32,000 bases of DNA from Ignicoccus hospitalis KIN4/I (GTDB lineage Archaea; Thermoproteota; Thermoprotei_A; Sulfolobales; Ignicoccaceae), in the NCBI RefSeq assembly GCF_000017945.1, contig NC_009776.1, positions 120,001 to 152,000 on the forward strand, given 5' to 3'. The notes beneath the pieces are model-generated. The model had not been told where the DNA came from. It ran no database searches and saw only the letters and a list, made by a program, of their open reading frames with translations. A program made the position numbers and the translations under genes. Positions 25,586 through 32,000 of the stretch are shown in pieces (positions within the stretch are counted from its first letter, which is position 1; each line of letters begins with the position of its first letter).

Positions 25586-27376
25586 ATGAGGCCAACGGGC
25601 TGTAGTTTACGGGGGCGAAGCTTGAAGAAGGAGAGGAAGGTGTTCAAAGAGCTCTTGCCTCCGGACGAGGCTATGAGGAGGTTAGAGGAAAGGGTCCCCC
25701 CTACCCCTCCGGAGGCGGAAGAGGTACCTATAGAAGAGGCCTTGGGCTTCTACCTCGCGGAAGACGTGAAGTCCCCAATAAACTTACCTCCCTACCCCCG
25801 CTCGGCTGCCGACGGGTACGCGGTTAGGGCCCGCTCCACTTGGGGCGCTTCAGAGGACGAGCCCGTGGAGCTGAGGGTTGTGGGAGAGGTGAGGGTCGGC
25901 GAGGCGCCGGGCTTTGAGCTGAAGGAGGGCGAGGCGGCCGAGGTCGACACGGGCTCGGCCCTCCCCCCGGGCGCCGACGCGGTAGTCATGATAGAGTACG
26001 TGAAGGAGGTCGGGGACAAGATATTGGTTTACAAGTCCGTAGTCCCCGGCGAGAACGTCCTCTGGCCCGCCACCGACGTCTACTCCGGGCAGCCCCTCTG
26101 GAAGAGGGGCACCAGGGTGGACTCCAGAGTAATAGCCTCCTTGGCCTCCGTGGGCATAAGGAAGGTGAGGGTCTGGAGGCCTAAGGTTTATCTAATATCC
26201 ACGGGCTCCGAGCTCGTGGAGCCCGGTAAGCCCTTAGAGACTGGTAAAATATACGACGTCAACACTTACTCCTTGCAAGCGCGCTTACGGGAAGAGGGCT
26301 TTGTCCCAATAGTCCACGGCGTGGTGCCGGACGACAAGGAGGAGATAAAGAAGGCCATCTTAGAGGGCGTCGAGAAGGCCGACGTAGTGGTTACTACGGG
26401 CTCCACCTCCGCCGGCCCTGCGGACTTCGTGTACCGCGCGGTAGGCGAGGTAGGGGAGGTGCTAGTCCACGGCTTGGCCTTCAAGCCCGGCAAGCCCGTC
26501 ATGCTGGGCGTAGTGAAGGGCAAACCGGTCTTCGGCCTGGCCGGCCACCCCGACTCCGCATACTTCAACTTGGAACGCTTGGTAATACCATATTTGAGGA
26601 AAATGGTTAAGGCCGACGAGAGGTCCCAGAGCTCTACGAAAGCCGTAGCGGCGACCAGCTTCGTGGGGGCTAAGGGGAGGAGGACCCACGTCCCCGTGAG
26701 CTTGTTGACGGACGGCTCGAGGTGGTTCGCCTTCCCGGCGTCCCACTCGGACCACGCGATGGTCAGCTACTCCAAGGCGGACGGCTACATAGTGATACCG
26801 GAGACTAGGAGGGCCCCGGTGGAGCCCGGCGAGGAGGTGGAGGTTTGGCTGTTCAAGGACCCTAGCTACAAGGGAGCTATAGTAGGCGATACCGACGTAG
26901 CCGTGGACGCCGTCGTTGAGAGGCTTGACTATCCCCCGAAAATGTTACCCTTGGGTAGCTACAGCGGCGCCTACGCCTCTAAGATGTCGTTGCGTTCCGT
27001 CTGGATTTCGCCGGAGGCGGTCGGGAAAGAGGTAGAGGTGGAAGTGGTGGCCGTGGGGAGGGGAGAGCGCGTCGGAGTGCCCCACAAGTCGTCCTTCTTG
27101 TATCCCTTCTTCTCCAAGTTCTTGGAGGTGGAGGGTATAAGTAGGGAGGAGCTCCAGAAGAGGTTCGTGAGGGTTACCATGCCGACCCCTCAAGCCTTGG
27201 CGTCCGCCGTGGCCAGCGGGGAGGTGGACGCGGCGATAACCACTAGGAACGCGGCAGAAGCATTGGGCTTGGACTGGAGGCCCTTGAGTAAGGCTAAGCT
27301 ATACATAGGCTGGACGGAAGACCACGCCGAGCTGGGGAGGGAGGTGCTCAATGAGTTCCTACGCCGCGGAGGTTAG
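25586..27376 (+). CDS. moeA: Molybdopterin biosynthesis MoeA-like protein fused to a C-terminal periplasmic-binding-protein-like domain
   Basis: SPINLPPYPRSAADGYAV, STGSELV, VVTTGSTSAGPADF, GLAGHPDS; C-terminal ~180 aa has YSGAYASKMSLRSVW...ALASAVASGEVDAAITTRNAAEALGLDW, PBP-like. Confidence 0.93.
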   Translation: MRPTGCSLRGRSLKKERKVFKELLPPDEAMRRLEERVPPTPPEAEEVPIEEALGFYLAEDVKSPINLPPYPRSAADGYAVRARSTWGASEDEPVELRVVGEVRVGEAPGFELKEGEAAEVDTGSALPPGADAVVMIEYVKEVGDKILVYKSVVPGENVLWPATDVYSGQPLWKRGTRVDSRVIASLASVGIRKVRVWRPKVYLISTGSELVEPGKPLETGKIYDVNTYSLQARLREEGFVPIVHGVVPDDKEEIKKAILEGVEKADVVVTTGSTSAGPADFVYRAVGEVGEVLVHGLAFKPGKPVMLGVVKGKPVFGLAGHPDSAYFNLERLVIPYLRKMVKADERSQSSTKAVAATSFVGAKGRRTHVPVSLLTDGSRWFAFPASHSDHAMVSYSKADGYIVIPETRRAPVEPGEEVEVWLFKDPSYKGAIVGDTDVAVDAVVERLDYPPKMLPLGSYSGAYASKMSLRSVWISPEAVGKEVEVEVVAVGRGERVGVPHKSSFLYPFFSKFLEVEGISREELQKRFVRVTMPTPQALASAVASGEVDAAITTRNAAEALGLDWRPLSKAKLYIGWTEDHAELGREVLNEFLRRGG

Positions 27377-28076
27377 GGACGTGTGGAAGGTCTACGCGGC
27401 CGGAGGCTCCTCCTACCCGGCGTTGAGAGGAGTTACCTTGAAGATACCCAAGGGGAGCTTCGTGGTCGTCTTGGGTCCCTCGGGCTCCGGCAAGAGCACG
27501 CTCTTACACTTACTGGGGGCGCTGGACACCCCGACGAAGGGGGAAGTGATAATAGCTGGAAAGAACGTGAAGGAACTCGACGAAGAGGGCAGAGCGAGGC
27601 TCAGGAGGGAGTACGTGGGCTTCGTCTTTCAGAAGTTCTACCTGATAAATAGGTTGAGCGCCGTGGAGAACGTGGAGCTGCCCATGCTGGCCAAAGGCCT
27701 CCCGAAGGCGGAGAGGCGACGAAGGGCCTTAGCCTTACTTAAGAAGGTCGGTTTGGGCGAGAAGGCGTTCAGAAGGCCCACGGAGCTCTCCGGAGGGGAA
27801 CAGCAGAGGGTAGCCATAGCGAGGGCCCTTGCCAACGACCCGGACATAATACTTGCTGACGAGCCCACGGGTAACCTAGATACGGCCAACGCGACGAGGA
27901 TAATGAAGTTATTGGAGGCCCTCAACGTGGAGATGGGAAAAACCGTGGTTGTGGTGACTCACAACCCGGAACACACGAGGTACGCGAACTACGTAGTGAG
28001 GATAAGGGACGGAAAAGTGGAGAGCGTTGAGGAGGGCGGGAGGCCCGCCGGAGACCCCTCGTTACTCCTCGCTTGA
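27351..28076 (+). CDS. ABC transporter ATP-binding protein (LolD/MacB-like)
   Basis: GPSGSGKSTLLHLLGALDTPTKGEV, LSGGEQQRVAIARAL, ILADEPTGNLD. Confidence 0.94.
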   Translation: MSSYAAEVRDVWKVYAAGGSSYPALRGVTLKIPKGSFVVVLGPSGSGKSTLLHLLGALDTPTKGEVIIAGKNVKELDEEGRARLRREYVGFVFQKFYLINRLSAVENVELPMLAKGLPKAERRRRALALLKKVGLGEKAFRRPTELSGGEQQRVAIARALANDPDIILADEPTGNLDTANATRIMKLLEALNVEMGKTVVVVTHNPEHTRYANYVVRIRDGKVESVEEGGRPAGDPSLLLA

Positions 28077-28604
28077 GGAGATGCTGATAAAGAGCTTGTC
28101 ATCTTCCTTCTTAATATCCACTTTGGAGTCTTTGCGCGTCTTCACGTAGAACGTGTGGAACCGGGAACCCAAGACGTTAACGAAGTCCGGTTTCTCGGCT
28201 TCCAAGTTTACCTCCTTAACGTAGAACTTCGTGGGCTTCTTGTCACTACCTATGAGCTCCACTACCACGTACCCCCTGCTTAGGGACGCCCTGATGCCGA
28301 GTTCGCCCTCCGCGGAGCCGCCGTGCTCGTCCACCTTTACTACCTTCCCTTCCAAGGTATCCCAAGTGGGGATGTACCTGTCCGAGGAGACGCCTATTAC
28401 GATGTAGTTCCCGTAAGTGCTGAACTTGGGGTGTTGGTCATAGCTAGCCTCCAACTTGATCCCGTCTTCGTTTAAGACGAGCTTGGCGTTGGAAGGGGAC
28501 ACCAGGACCACGTGTTCGGTACTGAAGCTCCTCCCATCTACTATACATTGGTTATTCTCAAACCTTATGCGGGTTTTTTCTTTAACGTTGGCCGGAACGA
28601 GCAT
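28062..28604 (-). CDS. Hypothetical beta-rich protein
   Basis: 180 aa, alternating beta-strand pattern; no recognised family. Confidence 0.65.
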   Translation of the reverse strand: MLVPANVKEKTRIRFENNQCIVDGRSFSTEHVVLVSPSNAKLVLNEDGIKLEASYDQHPKFSTYGNYIVIGVSSDRYIPTWDTLEGKVVKVDEHGGSAEGELGIRASLSRGYVVVELIGSDKKPTKFYVKEVNLEAEKPDFVNVLGSRFHTFYVKTRKDSKVDIKKEDDKLFISISSSEE

Positions 28605-28666
28605 GATATCCCACCTAGGAGCCTATTTAGGGCCAAAAAAGTTGGACGCTTCGAGGGATATAAGGT

Positions 28667-30052
28667 TTGGCCGGCGAGAGGGTCCTCTTGGTCGGCGGCG
28701 GCGGGAGGGAACACGCTATCGGAGAGCGCTTGGTGAGCCACGGGGCCGTGCTGGGCGTCGCGGCCTCCAATTTGAACCCCGGACTGTTGTCCCTTACGAA
28801 GGACTCCGGAGGCGAGTTCTTTAAAGCGAATCCGACCAGCCCTCAAGAGGTACTCGAGGTTGCTAAGAAGTTCAAGGCGGAGCTCGTGGTGATAGGACCC
28901 GAAGAGCCGCAGTTCAGGGGGGTCACGGACGCCCTAAGGGCGGCGGGCTTCACGGTCTTCGGGGCTTCCTCGAAGGCGTCAGAAATAGAGAAGAGTAAGG
29001 TCTTCGCAAGGAGTATAATGAAGAAGTACAACATCCCGGGCAACTTGGACTTCTGGTTCTTCGAGAGCTGGGAGGAGGCAATAGAATTCTTAGAAAGAGC
29101 CGGGAACGTGGCGATAAAGCCGGCCAGGCAAGCCGGGGGCAAAGGAGTTAAGGTAATCTCCGATGTGCAAGCGTACCTGAGCGAGGAGAAGAAGAAAGTG
29201 AAGGAGGAACACGCCAAAAGGATACTGACCGAGGTTATGGCGAAGTATACAGACATCAAAGAGAAGTTGTTAATAGAGGAGAAGGTGGACGGCGTGGAGT
29301 ATACTGTCCAAGCGTTTACCGACGGCGAGCGCGTAGTGCCGTTGCCGGCAGTACAAGACAACCCCCACCTATTCGTCTACGACGTGGGGCCCGAGACGGG
29401 CGGCATGGGAAGCGTTCAAGGCCCCGGTAAGCTACTGCCGTTCATAACCGAGGAGGAGTACAAAGTAGCCGTTGAGATCCTCGAGAGGGTGGTAGAGGCA
29501 ATAGCTAAGGAGACTGGTGAGAAATACGTAGGCGCGATCTCCGCACAGATGATGTTAACCACAAAGGGCCCGGTCCTAATAGAGTTCTACTCGAGGCTGG
29601 GAGACCCAGAGGCTGTCAACGTAATGAACGTCGTCGAGGGAAACGTGTTGGAAGCGATGTTCGAAGCGGCCCAAGGGAACTTGAAGACAGAGCTCGGGGT
29701 TAGGGAGGCGGCGAGTGCGGTCAAGTGTATAGCGCCCATGGGTTACCCCGAGCGGAGGGATCTCACCAAGGGTAGGGAAGTGCTCGTCCCGGAGTGTGAG
29801 GGGGCGAAGGTGTACTACGCCTCCGTGGACGTCAAGGACGGTAAGCTGGTTAGTGGCGGGTCGAGGGCCGTGGAGGTGTACGCGGAGGGTAAGAGCATAA
29901 GCGAGGCGGCGGAAAAGGCCAACGCGTGCGCGTCCAAGGTGAAGTTCGTGAACTGGAAGAGCGTGTGGAGGCCCGATATAGGCGGTGAGTGGTACATAAG
30001 GAGGAGGAGCGAGGTGGCCGAACTAATGAGGTCGGTCTGGGGCTTGAGGTAG
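28667..30052 (+). CDS. purD: Phosphoribosylamine--glycine ligase
   Basis: RVLLVGGGGREHAIGERL, VVIGPEEPQFRGVTDALRAAGFTVFGASSKASEIEKSKVFA; ATP-grasp pattern. Confidence 0.96.
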   Translation: MAGERVLLVGGGGREHAIGERLVSHGAVLGVAASNLNPGLLSLTKDSGGEFFKANPTSPQEVLEVAKKFKAELVVIGPEEPQFRGVTDALRAAGFTVFGASSKASEIEKSKVFARSIMKKYNIPGNLDFWFFESWEEAIEFLERAGNVAIKPARQAGGKGVKVISDVQAYLSEEKKKVKEEHAKRILTEVMAKYTDIKEKLLIEEKVDGVEYTVQAFTDGERVVPLPAVQDNPHLFVYDVGPETGGMGSVQGPGKLLPFITEEEYKVAVEILERVVEAIAKETGEKYVGAISAQMMLTTKGPVLIEFYSRLGDPEAVNVMNVVEGNVLEAMFEAAQGNLKTELGVREAASAVKCIAPMGYPERRDLTKGREVLVPECEGAKVYYASVDVKDGKLVSGGSRAVEVYAEGKSISEAAEKANACASKVKFVNWKSVWRPDIGGEWYIRRRSEVAELMRSVWGLR

Positions 30053-30108
30053 AGGTTTCGAAAGGAAATTAATTTTGAGAAAGTTTGGCCTTAAGCGGAG
30101 CAAGGACA

Positions 30109-30804
30109 ATGGTGGAGACGTCTGTAGAGCTGAGCAAAGTGGCGTTTTACGTAATTACGTTGCTACTAGCATTGGCCTTCATACAGTACTCTTTGATCAA
30201 TTACAACACTGGAGAACTGTGGTACCCCTTCGTCGCAGGTCCTCTCATGGGGATCTCTTTCCTCCTCTTAGTAGCTATAACGGCCTTCGGAGGAGACTAC
30301 CAACTCGCCGCGTTACTGAACATACTGTTTATAGTGTTGACACTGACCGCCTACGCCGTAACCTTCGAAACGTCCTCAATAATCGATTACGAGTACGTAG
30401 CGTTCATGCTATCCTTGAACTTGCTGTTGGTAGTATACATGGACAGGAAAGAGGGCAGCGTGGACCTTGCCCCTATGTTCTTGCGCCTCTCGCTCCTCGT
30501 GACTTACGTGCCCTTCCTACTATTCGTGCTTTTGGCGTTCAAGTACGGTTACTATTATAGCTACCTAGCTATGATAATGGCATTGATATTATCGCTAAGC
30601 AATTTCTTGCTCCTAATTCCAACCTTTACCCAGAGCCTCTTACAAACGCTCGTGTTGGAGTCGTTCGTGATGTTCGTGTTCCTAATTTACGTCCTCGCGT
30701 CAAGTCCAATAGGGCCCGACGTGTGCGAGTGGATAATTCGGGCCACACTCCTTTCCAGCTATTTAACCCTATTATGGACCGCCTTTAGGAGCAGATGGGA
30801 ATGA
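30109..30804 (+). CDS. Hypothetical polytopic membrane protein
   Basis: Seven or so hydrophobic segments; ATG 30109 more plausible than the track start 30085. Confidence 0.7.
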   Translation: MVETSVELSKVAFYVITLLLALAFIQYSLINYNTGELWYPFVAGPLMGISFLLLVAITAFGGDYQLAALLNILFIVLTLTAYAVTFETSSIIDYEYVAFMLSLNLLLVVYMDRKEGSVDLAPMFLRLSLLVTYVPFLLFVLLAFKYGYYYSYLAMIMALILSLSNFLLLIPTFTQSLLQTLVLESFVMFVFLIYVLASSPIGPDVCEWIIRATLLSSYLTLLWTAFRSRWE

Positions 30805-31592
30805 TAACGCTAAGCTGGGGCTCTCTGGCGGCCTTGATTAGGAGGGCGGACGTAGTCGTAGAGACCGTAGACGCCCGGGTGCCGCTCAACACTCGGAGCA
30901 GGAGGCTCGAGCGCCTAGTAGAAACCATGGGTAAGCCCGTAATTATAGCCCTGAACAAGGCCGACTTGGTCCCCCGCGAAGTGGCCGAAGAGTGGACGAG
31001 GATCTTTAGGGGGGAGGGTTACGAGGCGGTTTACCTAGCCGCCAGGGAGCACAAGGGAACCCGCGTGCTTAGGAAGAAGATAAACAGAGCGACGGATGTG
31101 AGGCCCGTCGTAGTGGCGGTGGTGGGCTACCCCAAGACCGGGAAGAGTACGGTGATAAACGCCTTAAGGGGGAGGGCCGGCGCGAGCACCTCTCCCGTAC
31201 CCGGCAGCCCAGGCTTCACCAAGAGGCCCGGCCTCTACAGGGGGCCCGGTCAGATATACTTCCTCGACACGCCCGGCGTAATACCGCCCGACGGGAACCC
31301 CCTCGAGAAGACCTTGAGGGGCGCGCCGCCCGAGAAGCTCAAGGACCCGGTTGGCGTCGCCGCGGAGCTCTACAAGTTCATCAAGAAGTACAACCCCGAA
31401 GCCTTCGAAGAGGCTTACGGCTTCGACACCGGAGAGCCCTACTCTTTCTTGGAGGAGCTGGCGAGGAGGAGGGGTTGGTTCTACAAGAGCGATCACGAGC
31501 CGCTGGTGGAGGAAGCGGCCAAAGCCCTTCTCTACGATTACCACAAGGGCAAAATACCGTTCTACGTGCCGCCCGGTGAGTATTGGAGATGA
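30795..31592 (+). CDS. Circularly permuted GTPase (YlqF/YawG family)
   Basis: Permuted order: LNKADLV (G4) before GYPKTGKSTVINAL (G1) and DTPGVIPP (G3). Confidence 0.93.
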   Translation: MGMITLSWGSLAALIRRADVVVETVDARVPLNTRSRRLERLVETMGKPVIIALNKADLVPREVAEEWTRIFRGEGYEAVYLAAREHKGTRVLRKKINRATDVRPVVVAVVGYPKTGKSTVINALRGRAGASTSPVPGSPGFTKRPGLYRGPGQIYFLDTPGVIPPDGNPLEKTLRGAPPEKLKDPVGVAAELYKFIKKYNPEAFEEAYGFDTGEPYSFLEELARRRGWFYKSDHEPLVEEAAKALLYDYHKGKIPFYVPPGEYWR

Positions 31593-32000
31593 GGAGGGCT
31601 GGTATTGGTGAGCGCGGCGATGAACGCGGATGCCAGGGCCGAGTCCCCCGCTTGCTCGTACTCTATCCTCAGAGGAAGATGCCTCGTTCGGTCCTCATCT
31701 TAGGAGCTTATTTGACCAAGCTAGGCGCGATAACTTCCTTGAAGTCCTACGAGGAGCTCAGTTGCCGCGACTTGGAACGCTTCGACCTGGTCGTCGCTAG
31801 GGGTTTGCCGTACTACTACGACTCCGTGAGGATGCTCTCCTTGATAGAGTGCTTAAGAACAGCGAGGAAGGTGATAAACGACCCGCAAGCCACGCTCGTA
31901 GCGCGCAACAAGTACGTTTCTATGAAAGTGCTCGAATCAAACGGCGTACCGGTACCGAAGACCTTTCTAGTGAGGACTAGGTTCGAATTGCTAGAAAAGG
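31589..32000 (+). CDS. RimK/LysX-like ATP-grasp protein (N-terminal part, truncated by window)
   Basis: My reading: MPRSVLILGAYLTKLG...NDPQATLVARNKYVSMKVLESNGVPVPKTFLVRTRFELLEK; alternative starts TTG 31652 and ATG 31679. Not listed in the ORF track. Confidence 0.65.
   Translation, partial: MRRAGIGERGDERGCQGRVPRLLVLYPQRKMPRSVLILGAYLTKLGAITSLKSYEELSCRDLERFDLVVARGLPYYYDSVRMLSLIECLRTARKVINDPQATLVARNKYVSMKVLESNGVPVPKTFLVRTRFELLEK

Noticed and set aside
31981-31994. 'gttcgaattgctag' resembling a tRNA T-loop
   Set aside because: It lies in frame within the ATP-grasp coding sequence, with no acceptor or anticodon stems found around it.
1-32000. CRISPR arrays, insertion sequences or long direct repeats
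   Set aside because: No regularly spaced repeats, transposase motifs or terminal inverted repeats seen by eye; the only large-scale similarity noted is the LivK-like tandem gene pair.

Overview
This 32 kb window is a dense archaeal chromosome segment. Gene content (archaeal LeuRS, RpoK, LSm, archaeal-type SAM synthetase, PdxS/PdxT, DUF131 protein, MoeA-PBP fusion), GC around 56%, many GTG/TTG starts and TATA-led promoters point to a hyperthermophilic crenarchaeon, probably Ignicoccus-like (inference). I recognised no CRISPR array, rRNA, tRNA or transposon. Most genes are housekeeping or transport: tandem LivK-like binding proteins, a DrrAB-type ABC exporter, a LolD-like ATPase, signal peptidase, SF2 helicase, PIN protein, UspA, PurD, circularly permuted GTPase and an ATP-grasp enzyme. 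The stand-out is a compact co-directional cluster at about 1.78-5.23 kb. It encodes a membrane protein, a winged-helix-like protein, a protein with an N-terminal beta-grasp (ubiquitin-like) domain and a possible E2-like C-terminal region, a JAMM/MPN metalloprotease with a perfect HxH-x7-S-x2-D motif, and a compact E1/ThiF-like adenylyltransferase. A PP-loop (PAPS-reductase-like) enzyme lies immediately upstream. This is a candidate archaeal ubiquitin-like conjugation or sulfur-transfer system with no separate diglycine modifier visible. Secondary points are a membrane-anchored split PLD-like protein whose coding signal extends 52 codons upstream without a canonical start, and several start-site corrections.
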